This document shows positions 38,519 to 53,656 of a DNA stretch of 64,000 bases, in pieces (position 1 is the stretch's first letter; the number at the start of each line of letters is the position of its first letter). The notes beneath the pieces were generated by a model. It did no database searches and was not told the origin of the DNA. It saw nothing but the letters and a program-made list of their open reading frames with translations. The position numbers and the translations under genes were made by a program. Source of the DNA: Macrostomum hystrix (taxonomy: Eukaryota; Animalia; Platyhelminthes); NCBI GenBank assembly GCA_950097015.1, contig CATNEN010000001.1, positions 310,001-374,000 of the forward strand. The letters run 5' to 3'.

Positions 38519-39174
38519 CACTGCAAATCTTTTATTGGAGACGGCTGAGAGCAAGTTAAATTTCACAAACTCTCGTACAAAAAAATAAAACGTGTTTTAT
38601 GACGCAAAAACTGCAGACAAAACTAAATGAGCAATAATTTGAAAACATCAAAACAAAATTACAAAAACTGGATTCGCGAAATAAACAAGAAATAATTAAT
38701 TTTCGTTCGGCTTAATTTAATTTCCGGTATCAAGTATTTTAGACTTTTAGTACAACTGAACTCATGTAATTTTTTAAAACCCATTTGTTATACTACATCA
38801 AACATTTTAAGAGCGCGTAATAGCATGATTACCTATAGGCTTAATTGTCTAATTAGCCAAAGATAACCGGTGACAAATTATTGCATTGGAATGGGCAAAA
38901 TGAAGCGAAAAATTATCGGCTTTAAATGCTGGGCTATGAACACAGTAATTTTCCAATAATTCAACACTTGCTAATGAAACAAGAAGCTTCAACTGTACAT
39001 GCCTTTCTTTTGAAGCAACATTTTTTTGAAACTATTATCTCTTCGCCAAAGGATGCCTGCTCAATTGAGGATTGTAATTTCACTAGCTTTGTCGCTAGGA
39101 GGTCAACTGATTTTTAATTGCTGTTTTCGCATCAATGCTTCGTGTTTACAGGAAATACAGTGCACTTCAAGCTG

Positions 39175-39965
39175 ACTCACTCCCACTCCCTGTCACCCCC
39201 TTTCACTCCCTCTCACTCCCTCTCACTGCCTCTCACTACCTCTCACTGCCTCTCACTCCCTCTCACTCCCTCTCACTCCCTCTCACTCCCTCCAACTCCC
39301 TCTCACTCCCTCTCACTGCTTCTCACTACCTCTCACTCCCTCTCACTCCCTCCAACTCCCTCTCACTCCCTCTCACTCCCTCTCACTCCCTCTCACTCCC
39401 TCTCACCCCCTTTCACTCCCTCTCACTCCCTCTCACTCCCTCTCGCTACCTCTCACTCCCTCTCACTCCCTCTCACTCCCTCTCACTACCCTCTCACTCC
39501 CTCCCACTACCTCTCACTCCCTCCAACTCCCTCTCACTCCCTCTCACTCCCTCTCACTCCCTCTCACTACCTCACACTCTTCTCACTCCCTCTCACTCCC
39601 TCTCACTGCCTCTCACTACCTCTCACTCCCTCTCACTCCCTCCAACTCCCTCTCACTCCCTCTCGCTACCTCTCACTCCCTCTCACTCCCTCCAACTCCC
39701 TCTCACTCCCTCTCGCTACCTCTCACTCCCTCTCACTCCCTCTCACCCCCTTTCACTCCCTCTCACTCCCTCTCACTCCCTCTCGCTACCTCTCACTCCC
39801 TCTCACTCCCTCTCACTCCCTCTCACTACCCTCTCACTCCCTCCCACTACCTCTCACTCCCTCCAACTCCCTCTCACTCCCTCTCACTCCCTCTCACTCC
39901 CTCTCACTACCTCACACTCTTCTCACTCCCTCTCACTAACGCTCACTCCCTCTCACTCCCTCCCT
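39175..39965. repeat. Minisatellite, 10-bp unit (TCTCACTCCC)
   Basis: Tandem periodicity. Confidence 0.95.
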
Positions 39966-40732
39966 CCCACGCACAACCTTATGCTGGGTACTTGGCATTT
40001 GGCAATGTCTACCTTATTTGTAAATCCTTTTGAACCCAAAACAGGTCAATACAGAGTTCATAGTTACTTTGTTTTTTTCAAATATTCATCAAAGAAGTCA
40101 AATACTCTTACGTTTTTCTGATGATCTTGCTAAAAGGCTTTAAATAATTATAAAAATCTCTTTGAGAAGGCATATCGATACTGACAATATATAATCTACT
40201 TTAATTCCTTTTTCCTCGCCTTTGTCGAGAATTATTTCGACATCTCAAATGACATATTCCAAAAAAATTCTACAATTTCTAATCAAAAAGGATTAGGAAC
40301 ACTAAACCTACTATTCGCACTCGATATCTCGCCGTAAAAACAAAGGTACGTGAGCCATTGGGGTGAGAATTTCCAACGCTGTGACCTTAACAAATAAACT
40401 GAATGGCAAAGTGCGAACACCAAGTATGCTACTTTTTTTAACTGAGCTTTGACAAAATACTATTTCCTAATACTGATTAAGCAGGGACACTTAAGGTGCT
40501 TCAATTTGTAAATATGAGGATTTGCAATCTAATGTGAGAATTTTCTTAGAAACCCTAGCAATACACAGCCATTGATTAGGTGATTGAAAAAAAACAGATT
40601 TTTTCCTTCAACCGAAGCCCTGCAGCCTAATTTTTCTCTGTTTGGTTGCTTGAGGTTGTCGAACTTGAGGAGTCTCGGAAAGGATTTTAAATCGGAAAGA
40701 TTTTTGTATTAAACATGAGCATGAGTTGTTGA

Positions 40733-43700
40733 AAGAATTCTAGTTGTAGATAAGCGATCCTAAATGATCTGAAGAATTCTAGTAGTAGATAAGCGATCCT
40801 AAATGATCTGAAGAATTCTAGTTGTAGATAAGCGATCCTAATTGATCTGAAGAATTCTAGTTGTAGATAAGCGATCCTAATTGATCTGAAGAATTCTAGT
40901 TGTAGATAAGCGATCCTAAATGATCTGAAGAATTCTAGTAGTAGATAAGCGATCCTAATTGATCTGAAGAATTCTAGTTGTAGATAAGCGATCCTAATTG
41001 ATCTGAAGAATTCTAGTTGTAGATAAGCGATCCTAATTGATCTGAAGAATTCTAGTTGTAGATAAGCGATCCTAATTGATCTGAAGAATTCTAGTTGTAG
41101 ATAAGCGATCCTAATTGATCTGAAGAATTCTAGTAGTAGACTAGCGATCCTAATTGATCTGAAGAATTCTAGTTGTAGATAAGCGATCCTAATTGATCTG
41201 AAGAATTCTAGTTGTAGATAAGCGATCCTAATTGATCTGAAGAATTCTAGTAGTAGACTAGCGATCCTAATTGATCTGAAGAATTCTAGTAGTAGACTAG
41301 CGATCCTAATTGATCTGAAGAATTCTAGTTGTAGATAAGCGATCCTAATTGATCTGAAGAATTCTAGTTGTAGATAAGCGATCCTAATTGATCTGAAGAA
41401 TTCTAGTTGTAGATAAGCGATCCCAATTGATCTGAAGAATTCTAGTTGTAGATAAGCGATCCTAATTGATCTGAAGAATTCTAGTTGTAGATAAGCGATC
41501 CTAATTGATCTGAAGAATTCTAGTTGTAGATAAGCGACCCCAATTGATCTGAAGAATTCTAGTAGTAGATAAGCGATCCTAATTGATCTGAAGAATTCTA
41601 GTTGTAGATAAGCGATCCTAATTGATCTGAAGAATTCTAGTTGTAGATAAGCGATCCTAATTGATCTGAAGAATTCTAGTTGTAGATAAGCGATCCTAAT
41701 TGATCTGAAGAATTCTAGTTGTAGATAAGCGATCCTAATTGATCTGAAGAATTCTAGTTGTAGATAAGCGATCCTAATTGATCTGAAGAATTCTAGTTGT
41801 AGATAAGCGATCCTAATTGATCTGAAGAATTCTAGTTGTAGATAAGCGATCCTAATTGATCTGAAGAATTCTAGTTGTAGATAAGCGACCCTAATTGATC
41901 TGAAGAATTCTAGTAGTAGATAAGCGATCCTAATTGATCTGAAGAATTCTAGTTGTAGATAAGCGATCCTAATTGATCTGAAGAATTCTAGTTGTAGATA
42001 AGCGATCCTAATTGATCTGAAGAATTCTAGTTGTAGATAAGCGATCCTAAATGATCTGAAGAATTCTAGTAGTAGATAAGCGATCCTAATTGATCTGAAG
42101 AATTCTAGTTGTAGACTAGCGATCCTAATTGATCTGAAGAATTCTAGTAGTAGATAAGCGATCCTAATTGATCTGAAGAATTCTAGTTGTAGATAAGCGA
42201 TCCTAATTGATCTGAAGAATTCTAGTTGTAGATAAGCGATCCTAATTGATCTGAAGAATTCTAGTTGTAGATAAGCGATCCTAATTGATCTGAAGAATTC
42301 TAGTTGTAGATAAGCGACCCTAATTGATCTGAAGAATTCTAGTTGTAGATAAGCGATCCTAATTGATCTGAAGAATTCTAGTTGTAGATAAGCGATCCTA
42401 ATTGATCTGAAGAATTCTAGTAGTAGATAAGCGATCCTAATTGATCTGAAGAATTCTAGTTGTAGATAAGCGACCCTAATTGATCTGAAGAATTCTAGTA
42501 GTAGATAAGCGATCCTAATTGATCTGAAGAATTCTAGTTGTAGATAAGCGATCCTAATTGAGCTGAAGAATTCTAGTTGTAGATAAGCGATCCCAATTGA
42601 TCTGAAGAATTCTAGTAGTAGATAACCGATCCTAAATGATCTGAAGAATTCTATTTGTAGATAAGCGATCCTAATTGATCTGAAGAATTCTAGTTGTAGA
42701 TAAGCGATCCTAATTGATCTGAAGAATTCTAGTTGTAGATAAGCGATCCTAATTGATCTGAAGAATTCTAGTTGTAGATAAGCGACCCTAATTGATCTGA
42801 AGAATTCTAGTAGTAGATAAGCGATCCTAATTGATCTGAAGAATTCTAGTTGTAGATAAGCGATCCTAATTGATCTGAAGAATTCTAGTTGTAGATAAGC
42901 GATCCTAATTGATCTGAAGAATTCTAGTTGTAGATAAGCGATCCTAAATGATCTGAAGAATTCTAGTAGTAGATAAGCGATCCTAATTGATCTGAAGAAT
43001 TCTAGTTGTAGATAAGCGATCCTAAATGATCTGAAGAATTCTAGTAGTAGATAAGCGATCCTAATTGAGCTGAAGAATTCTAGTTGTAGATAAGCGATCC
43101 TATTTGAGCTGAAGAATTCTAGTTGTAGACAAGCGATCCTAAATGATCTGAAGAATTCTAGTTGTAGACAAGCGATCCTAATTGAGCTGAAGAATTCTAG
43201 TTGTAGACAAGCGATCCTAATTGATCTGAAGAATTCTAGTAGTAGATAAGCGATCCTAATTGATCTGAAGAATTCTAGTAGTAGATAAGCGATCCTAATT
43301 GATCTGAAGAATTCTAGTAGTAGACAAGCGATCCTAAATGATCTGAAGAATTCTAGTAGTAGACAAGCGATCCTAAATGATCTGAAGAATTCTAGTAGTA
43401 GATAAGCGATCCTAAATGATCTGAAGAATTCTAGTAGTAGATAAGCGATCCTAATTGATCTGAAGAATTCTAGTAGTAGACAAGCGATCCTAATTGACCT
43501 GAAGAATTCTAGTTGTAGACAAGCGATCCTAATTGATCTGAAGAATTCTAGTAGTAGATAAGCGATCCTAATTGATCTGAAGAATTCTAGTAGTAGATAA
43601 GCGATCCTAATTGATCTGAAGAATTCTAGTTGTAGATAAGCGATCCTAATTGATCTGAAGAATTCTAGTTGTAGATAAGCGATCCTAATTGATCTGAAGA

Positions 43701-46700
43701 ATTCTAGTAGTAGACAAGCGATCCTAATTGATCTGAAGAATTCTAGTTGTAGATAAGCGATCCTAAATGATCTGAAGAATTCTAGTTGTAGATAAGCGAT
43801 CCTAATTGATCTGAAGAATTCTAGTTGTAGATAAGCGATCCTAATTGATCTGAAGAATTCTAGTTGTAGATAAGCGATCCTAATTGATCTGAAGAATTCT
43901 AGTTGTAGATAAGCGATCCTAATTGACCTGAAGAATTCTAGTTGTAGATAAGCGATCCTAAATGATCTGAAGAATTCTAGTAGTAGATAAGCGATCCTAA
44001 TTGATCTGAAGAATTCTAGTTGTAGATAAGCGATCCTAATTGATCTGAAGAATTCTAGTTGTAGATAAGCGATCCTAATTGATCTGAAGAATTCTAGTTG
44101 TAGATAAGCGATCCTAAATGATCTGAAGAATTCTAGTAGTAGATAAGCGATCCTAATTGATCTGAAGAATTCTAGTTGTAGACTAGCGATCCTAATTGAT
44201 CTGAAGAATTCTAGTAGTAGATAAGCGATCCTAATTGATCTGAAGAATTCTAGTTGTAGATAAGCGATCCTAATTGATCTGAAGAATTCTAGTTGTAGAT
44301 AAGCGATCCTAATTGATCTGAAGAATTCTAGTTGTAGATAAGCGATCCTAATTGATCTGAAGAATTCTAGTTGTAGATAAGCGACCCTAATTGATCTGAA
44401 GAATTCTAGTTGTAGATAAGCGATCCTAATTGATCTGAAGAATTCTAGTTGTAGATAAGCGATCCTAATTGATCTGAAGAATTCTAGTAGTAGATAAGCG
44501 ATCCTAATTGATCTGAAGAATTCTAGTTGTAGATAAGCGACCCTAATTGATCTGAAGAATTCTAGTAGTAGATAAGCGATCCTAATTGATCTGAAGAATT
44601 CTAGTTGTAGATAAGCGATCCTAATTGAGCTGAAGAATTCTAGTTGTAGATAAGCGATCCCAATTGATCTGAAGAATTCTAGTAGTAGATAACCGATCCT
44701 AAATGATCTGAAGAATTCTATTTGTAGATAAGCGATCCTAATTGATCTGAAGAATTCTAGTTGTAGATAAGCGATCCTAATTGATCTGAAGAATTCTAGT
44801 TGTAGATAAGCGATCCTAATTGATCTGAAGAATTCTAGTAGTAGACTAGCGATCCTAATTGATCTGAAGAATTCTAGTAGTAGACTAGCGATCCTAATTG
44901 ATCTGAAGAATTCTAGTTGTAGATAAGCGATCCTAATTGATCTGAAGAATTCTAGTTGTAGATAAGCGATCCTAATTGATCTGAAGAATTCTAGTTGTAG
45001 ATAAGCGATCCTAATTGATCTGAAGAATTCTAGTTGTAGATAAGCGATCCTAAATGATCTGAAGAATTCTAGTAGTAGATAAGCGATCCTAATTGATCTG
45101 AAGAATTCTAGTTGTAGATAAGCGATCCTAAATGATCTGAAGAATTCTAGTAGTAGATAAGCGATCCTAATTGAGCTGAAGAATTCTAGTTGTAGATAAG
45201 CGATCCTATTTGAGCTGAAGAATTCTAGTTGTAGACAAGCGATCCTAAATGATCTGAAGAATTCTAGTTGTAGACAAGCGATCCTAATTGAGCTGAAGAA
45301 TTCTAGTTGTAGACAAGCGATCCTAATTGATCTGAAGAATTCTAGTAGTAGATAAGCGATCCTAATTGATCTGAAGAATTCTAGTAGTAGATAAGCGATC
45401 CTAATTGATCTGAAGAATTCTAGTAGTAGACAAGCGATCCTAAATGATCTGAAGAATTCTAGTAGTAGACAAGCGATCCTAAATGATCTGAAGAATTCTA
45501 GTAGTAGATAAGCGATCCTAAATGATCTGAAGAATTCTAGTAGTAGATAAGCGATCCTAATTGATCTGAAGAATTCTAGTAGTAGACAAGCGATCCTAAT
45601 TGACCTGAAGAATTCTAGTTGTAGACAAGCGATCCTAATTGATCTGAAGAATTCTAGTAGTAGATAAGCGATCCTAATTGATCTGAAGAATTCTAGTAGT
45701 AGATAAGCGATCCTAATTGATCTGAAGAATTCTAGTTGTAGATAAGCGATCCTAATTGATCTGAAGAATTCTAGTTGTAGATAAGCGATCCTAATTGATC
45801 TGAAGAATTCTAGTAGTAGACAAGCGATCCTAATTGATCTGAAGAATTCTAGTTGTAGATAAGCGATCCTAAATGATCTGAAGAATTCTAGTTGTAGATA
45901 AGCGATCCTAATTGATCTGAAGAATTCTAGTTGTAGATAAGCGATCCTAATTGATCTGAAGAATTCTAGTTGTAGATAAGCGATCCTAATTGATCTGAAG
46001 AATTCTAGTTGTAGATAAGCGATCCTAATTGACCTGAAGAATTCTAGTTGTAGATAAGCGATCCTAAATGATCTGAAGAATTCTAGTAGTAGATAAGCGA
46101 TCCTAATTGATCTGAAGAATTCTAGTTGTAGATAAGCGATCCTAATTGATCTGAAGAATTCTAGTTGTAGATAAGCGATCCTAATTGATCTGAAGAATTC
46201 TAGTTGTAGATAAGCGATCCTAATTGATCTGAAGAATTCTAGTAGTAGACAAGCGATCCTAATTGATCTGAAGAATTCTAGTAGTAGATAAGCGATCCTA
46301 ATTGATCTGAAGAATTCTAGTTGTAGACAAGCGATCCTAATTGATCTGAAGAATTCTAGTAGTAGACTATCGATCCTAATTGACCTGAAGAACTCTAGTA
46401 GTAGATAAGCGATCCTAATTGATCTGAAGAATTCTAGTTGTAGATAAGCGATCCTAATTGATCTGAAGAATTCTAGTTGTAGACAAGCGATCCTAATTGA
46501 TCTGAAGAATTCTAGTTGTAGATAAGCGATCCTAATTGATCTGAAGAATTCTAGTTGTAGATAAGCGATCCTAATTGATCTGAAGAATTCTAGTTGTAGA
46601 TAAGCGATCCTAATTGATCTGAAGAATTCTAGTAGTAGATAAGCGATCCTAATTGATCTGAAGAATTCTAGTTGTAGATAAGCGATCCTAATTGATCTGA

Positions 46701-46767
46701 AGAATTCTAGTTGTAGATAAGCGATCCTAATTGATCTGAAGAATTCTAGTTGTAGATAAGCGATCCT
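40733..46767. repeat. Minisatellite, 39-bp unit (GATCTGAAGAATTCTAGTTGTAGATAAGCGATCCTAATT), ~155 copies
   Basis: Strict periodicity, substitution variants only. Confidence 0.98.
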
Positions 46768-47425
46768 GAAAGACTGGAAGGTTCCTGAAACTGAAAATGG
46801 ACAGACCTTCTTTCGGCCTATAAGGTGAGACAAACTTATTTATAAGCTAATTCTGTAATCCTGCCTTAGTACACCAGGTAAGTGTGCTGGCATGGCATCT
46901 TTAATCATATTTTATATTAGGTGTTGGCGGGAGCTGTAGGTTGCTGTAGATTTTGCCTGTTCTATAAATAGCAGACTTAGCATTGCCCCCTGCGAAGGGG
47001 GCATACACACGATTCTAAGCAACACTTTGAGAGGCACGTTTGTTTTTTTGTGGAGTTCACAGTCCTCTTGCTGTCTGTGGAGAAATAACTGCCCTCGGGG
47101 GGAGGGTGTTATTCGTTGCTAAGCGGATCTGTTTTCTCTGGTATATTAAATAATATTGTGCATATCGAATCATTGATTCGCCAGACAAAAAAGATCCGAC
47201 GATGCCGATGTTTTTTGTGATTCTAGAGGTTATTTAATCGGATAGAGCGAATTGGTCGAATATTTTAGGAGATGTAAAAAAATAATATATGGCTATTAGA
47301 AATGCCCGGATTCGCCAGCCAGAAGTTTGCCAGCTGCTGGACAGTTTGCTATGACGTTGTCCAGGATGTCTCTCACCAGCAACAATTTGATCTCACTAGC
47401 TCGTACAATCAGTGATTCAGAACGG

Positions 47426-47507
47426 CTGGCAAACTTCTCGGCTGGCAAACTTCTGACTGGCAACCTTCCGGCTGGCAACCTTCCGGCTGGCAACCTTCCG
47501 GCTGGAA
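47426..47507. repeat. Short 15-bp tandem repeat (CTGGCAACCTTCCGG)
   Basis: About 5 degenerate copies. Confidence 0.8.
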
Positions 47508-47845
47508 AACCTCGTAGACCCTCTACAGTTAATCTGATTTTGCAGAAAAAAAACGTTTCGTAAGCTTTTTTTAGAAACATACTTTATATATAAGCAAAGG
47601 TAACAACAAAAGGTACTCATATTGTTCAATTGCATTTGTTTTTCAACTTTCTTGCTTTTCCTAGAGGCACTGAAAATTCTACTAATTCAAAGCAATCGAT
47701 ACAATGCATCGGCAGCTTCAATGAAACTGAACCAGGACTTGGCGATTGTGAAATGCTAAACTATTTTCTCTTTCAGAAAAAGCAGTAAATGCGACAAAAA
47801 TGAAAGGCACTAAAGTACTATAAAAGCTTCGAAAAAACGGAGTCA

Positions 47846-50800
47846 CAATCTCATCTGTAAACGGTTCCTCAATCTCATCTCTAAACTGATCCTCAATCTC
47901 ATCTCTTAACTGTTCCTCAATCTCATCTCTAAACTGATCCTCAATCTCACCTGTAAACTGATCCTCAATCTCATCTCTAAACTGATCCTCAATCTCACCT
48001 GTAAACTGATCCTCAATCTCATCTCTAAACTGATCCTCAATCTCATCTCTAAACGGATCCTCAATCTCATCTCTTAACTGTTCCTCAATCTCATCTCTAA
48101 ACGGATCCTCAATCTCATCTGTAAACGGATCCTCAATCTCATCTCTAAACTGATCCTCAATCTCATCTGTAAACTGATCCTCAATCTCATCTCTAAACTG
48201 ATCCTCAATCTCATCTGTAAACTGATCCTCAATCTCATCTCTAAACTGATCCTCAATCTCATCTCTAAACTGATCCTCAATCTCATCTGTAAACTGATCC
48301 TCAATCTCACCTGCAAACTGATCCTCAATCTCATCTCTAAACTGATCCTCAATCTCATCTGTAAACTGATCCTCAATCTCATCTGTAAACTGATCCTCAA
48401 TCTCATCTGTAAACTGATCCTCAATCTCATCTGTAAACTGATCCTCAATCTCATCTGTAAACTGATCCTCAATCTCATCTCTAAACTGATCCTCAATCTC
48501 ATCTCTAAACTGATCCTCAATCTCATCTGTAAACTGATCCTCAATCTCATCTCTAAACTGATCCTCAATCTCATCTGTAAACTGATCCTCAATCTCATCT
48601 GTAAACTGATCCTCAATCTCATCTGTAAACTGATCCTCAATCTCATCTGTAAACTGTTCCTCAATCTCATCTCTAAACGGATCCTCAATCTCATCTGTAA
48701 ACGGATCCTCAATCTCATCTCTAAACTGATCCTCAATCTCATCTGTAAACTGATCCTCAATCTCATCTCTAAACTGATCCTCAATCTCATCTGTAAACTG
48801 ATCCTCAATCTCATCTCTAAACTGATCCTCAATCTCATCTCTAAACTGATCCTCAATCTCATCTGTAAACTGATCCTCAATCTCACCTGCAAACTGATCC
48901 TCAATCTCATCTCTAAACTGATCCTCAATCTCATCTGTAAACTGATCCTCAATCTCATCTGTAAACTGATCCTCAATCTCATCTGTAAACTGATCCTCAA
49001 TCTCATCTGTAAACTGATCCTCAATCTCATCTGTAAACTGATCCTCAATCTCATCTGTAAACTGATCCTCAATCTCACCTGCAAACTGATCCTCAATCTC
49101 ATCTCTAAACTGATCCTCAATCTCATCTCTAAACTGATCCTCAATCTCATCTCTAAACTGATCCTCAATCTCATCTCTAAACTGATCCTCAATCTCATCT
49201 CTAAACTGATCCTCAATCTCATCTCTAAACTGATCCTCAATCTCATCTCTAAACTGATCCTCAATCTCATCTGTAAACTGATCCTCAATCTCATCTCTTA
49301 ACTGTTCCTCAATCTCATCTGTAAACTGATCCTCAATCTCATCTGTAAACTGATCCTCAATCTCATCTGTAAACTGATCCTCAATCTCATCTCTAAACTG
49401 ATCCTCAATCTCATCTGTAAACTGATCCTCAATCTCATCTGTAAACTGATCCTCAATCTCATCTCTAAACTGATCCTCAATCTCATCTGTAAACTGATCC
49501 TCAATCTCATCTGTAAACTGATCCTCAATCTCATCTCTAAACTGATCCTCAATCTCATCTCTAAACTGATCCTCAATCTCATCTGTAAACTGATCCTCAA
49601 TCTCATCTGTAAACTGATCCTCAATCTCATCTGTAAACTGATCCTCAATCTCATCTGTAAACTGATCCTCAATCTCATCTCTAAACTGATCCTCAATCTC
49701 ATCTGTAAACTGATCCTCAATCTCATCTGTAAACTGATCCTCAATCTCATCTCTAAACTGATCCTCAATCTCATCTCTAAACTGATCCTCAATCTCATCT
49801 GTAAACTGATCCTCAATCTCATCTGTAAACTGATCCTCAATCTCATCTCTAAACTGATCCTCAATCTCATCTGTAAACTGATCCTCAATCTCACCTGCAA
49901 ACTGATCCTCAATCTCATCTCTAAACTGATCCTCAATCTCAACTGTAAACTGATCCTCAATCTCATCTGTAAACTGATCCTCAATCTCATCTGTAAACTG
50001 ATCCTCAATCTCATCTCTAAACTGATCCTCAATCTCATCTGTAAACTGATCCTCAATCTCACCTGCAAACTGATCCTCAATCTCATCTCTAAACTGATCC
50101 TCAATCTCACCTGCAAACTGATCCTCAATCTCATCTCTAAACTGATCCTCAATCTCATCTGTAAACTGATCCTCAATCTCATCTGTAAACTGATCCTCAA
50201 TCTCATCTCTAAACGGATCCTCAATCTCATCTCTAAACTGATCTTCAATCTCATCTGTAAACTGATCCTCAATCTCATCTCTAAACTGATCCTCAATCTC
50301 ATCTCTAAACTGATCCTCAATCTCATCTCTAAACTGATCCTCAATCTCATCTCTTAACTGTTCCTCAATCTCATCTCTAAACTGATCCTCAATCTCATCT
50401 CTTAACTGTTCCTCAATCTCATCTCTAAACGGATCCTCAATCTCAACTGTAAACGGATCCTCAATCTCATCTGTAAACTGATCCTCAATCTCATCTCTAA
50501 ACGGATCCTCAATCTCAACTGTAAACTGATCCTCAATCTCATCTGTAAACTGATCCTCAATCTCATCTCTAAACTGATCCTCAATCTCATCTGTAAACTG
50601 ATCCTCAATCTCATCTGTAAACTGATCCTCAATCTCACCTGCAAACTGATCCTCAATCTCATCTCTAAACTGATCCTCAATCTCATCTCTAAACTGATCC
50701 TCAATCTCATCTGTAAACTGATCCTCAATCTCATCTGTAAACTGATCCTCAATCTCATCTGTAAACTGATCCTCAATCTCATCTGTAAACTGATCCTCAA

Positions 50801-53656
50801 TCTCATCTCTAAACTGATCCTCAATCTCATCTGTAAACTGATCCTCAATCTCATCTGTAAACTGATCCTCAATCTCATCTCTAAACTGATCCTCAATCTC
50901 ATCTCTAAACTGATCCTCAATCTCATCTCTAAACTGATCCTCAATCTCATCTGTAAACTGATCCTCAATCTCATCTGTAAACTGATCCTCAATCTCATCT
51001 GTAAACTGATCCTCAATCTCATCTGTAAACTGATCCTCAATCTCATCTCTAAACTGATCCTCAATCTCATCTGTAAACTGATCCTCAATCTCATCTGTAA
51101 ACTGATCCTCAATCTCATCTGTAAACTGATCCTCAATCTCATCTCTAAACTGATCCTCAATCTCATCTGTAAACTGATCCTCAATCTCATCTGTAAACTG
51201 ATCCTCAATCTCATCTCTAAACTGATCCTCAATCTCATCTGTAAACTGATCCTCAATCTCATCTGTAAACTGATCCTCAATCTCATCTCTAAACGGATCC
51301 TCAATCTCATCTCTAAACTGATCCTCAATCTCATCTCTAAACTGATCCTCAATCTCATCTGTAAACTGATCCTCAATCTCATCTGTAAACTGATCCTCAA
51401 TCTCATCTGTAAACTGATCCTCAATCTCATATCTTAACTGATCCTCAATCTCATCTCTAAACTGATCCTCAATCTCATCTGTAAACTGATCCTCAATCTC
51501 ATCTCTAAACTGATCCTCAATCTCATCTGTAAACTGATCCTCAATCTCATCTGTAAACTGATCCTCAATCTCATCTCTAAACTGATCCTCAATCTCATCT
51601 GTAAACTGATCCTCAATCTTATCTGTAAACTGATCCTCAATCTCATCTCTAAACTGATCCTCAATCTCATCTGTAAACTGATCCTCAATCTCATCTGTAA
51701 ACTGATCCTCAATCTCATCTGTAAACTGATCCTCAATCTCATCTGTAAACTGATCCTCAATCTCATCTGTAAACTGATCCTCAATCTCATCTCTAAACGG
51801 ATCCTCAATCTCATCTCTAAACTGATCTTCAATCTCATCTGTAAACTGATCCTCAATCTCATCTCTAAACTGATCCTCAATCTCATCTCTAAACTGATCC
51901 TCAATCTCATCTGTAAACTGATCCTCAATCTCATCTGTAAACTGATCCTCAATCTCATCTCTTAACTGTTCCTCAATCTCATCTCTAAACTGATCCTCAA
52001 TCTCATCTCTTAACTGTTCCTCAATCTCATCTCTAAACGGATCCTCAATCTCAACTGTAAACGGATCCTCAATCTCATCTGTAAACTGATCCTCAATCTC
52101 AACTGTAAACGGATCCTCAATCTCAACTGTAAACGGATCCTCAATCTCAACTGTAAACGGATCCTCAATCTCATCTGTAAACGGATCCTCAATCTCATCT
52201 CTAAACGGATCCTCAATCTCAACTGTAAACGGATCCTCAATCTCAACTGTAAACGGATCCTCAATCTCATCTGTAAACTGATCCTCAATCTCAACTGTAA
52301 ACGGATCCTCAATCTCAACTGTAAACGGATCCTCAATCTCAACTGTAAACGGATCCTCAATCTCATCTGTAAACGGATCCTCAATCTCATCTGTAAACGG
52401 ATCCTCAATCTCATCTCTAAACGGATCCTCAATCTCAACTGTAAACGGATCCTCAATCTCAACTGTAAACTGATCCTCAATCTCATCTGTAAACTGATCC
52501 TCAATCTCATCTCTAAACTGATCCTCAATCTCATCTCTAAACTGATCCTCAATCTCATCTGTAAACTGATCCTCAATCTCATCTCTAAACTGATCCTCAA
52601 TCTCATCTCTTAACTGTTCCTCAATCTCATCTCTAAACTGATCCTCAATCTCATCTCTTAACTGTTCCTCAATCTCATCTCTAAACTGATCCTCAATCTC
52701 ATCTCTTAACTGTTCCTCAATCTCATCTCTAAACGGATCCTCAATCTCAACTGTAAACGGATCCTCAATCTCAACTGTAAACTGATCCTCAATCTCATCT
52801 GTAAACTGATCCTCAATCTCATCTGTAAACTGATCCTCAATCTCATCTCTAAACTGATCCTCAATCTCATCTCTAAACTGATCCTCAATCTCATCTCTTA
52901 ACTGTTCCTCAATCTCATCTCTAAACTGATCCTCAATCTCATCTCTTAACTGTTCCTCAATCTCATCTCTAAACTGATCCTCAATCTCATCTCTTAACTG
53001 TTCCTCAATCTCATCTCTAAACGGATCCTCAATCTCAACTGTAAACGGATCCTCAATCTCAACTGTAAACTGATCCTCAATCTCATCTGTAAACTGATCC
53101 TCAATCTCATCTGTAAACTGATCCTCAATCTCATCTGTAAACTGATCCTCAATCTCATCTCTAAACTGATCCTCAATCTCATCTCTAAACTGATCCTCAA
53201 TCTCATCTGTAAACTGATCCTCAATCTCATCTGTAAACTGATCCTCAATCTCATCTGTAAACTGATCCTCAATCTCATCTCTAAACTGATCCTCAATCTC
53301 ATCTCTAAACTGATCCTCAATCTCATCTGTAAACTGATCCTCAATCTCATCTGTAAACTGATCCTCAATCTCATCTCTAAACTGATCCTCAATCTCATCT
53401 GTAAACTGATCCTCAATCTCATATCTTAACTGATCCTCAATCTCAACTGTAAACTGATCCTCAATCTCATCTCTTAACTGATCCTCAATCTCATCTGTAA
53501 ACTGATCCTCAATCTCATCTGTAAACTGATCCTCAATCTCATCTGTAAACTGATCCTCAATCTCAACTGTAAACTGTTCCTCAATCTCATCTCTAAACTG
53601 ATCCTCAATCTCACCTTTAAACTGATCCTCAATCTCAGCTGTAAACTGTTCCTCAA
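47846..53656. repeat. Minisatellite, 24-bp unit (AAACTGATCCTCAATCTCATCT[G/C]T), ~240 copies
   Basis: Strict periodicity with no visible indels. Confidence 0.98.

Noticed and set aside
40687-46833. 2048-aa ORF (IRIAYLQLEFFRS)n
   Set aside because: Read-through of a 39-bp minisatellite whose unit lacks a stop in one frame; non-ATG start, no unique domain and no splice support.
46984-47003. GC hairpin TGCCCCCT-GCGA-AGGGGGCA (a similar one lies at 2281-2305) as a Helitron end or terminator
   Set aside because: No matching 5' end or clean CTAG|T terminus; isolated hairpins are not enough evidence.
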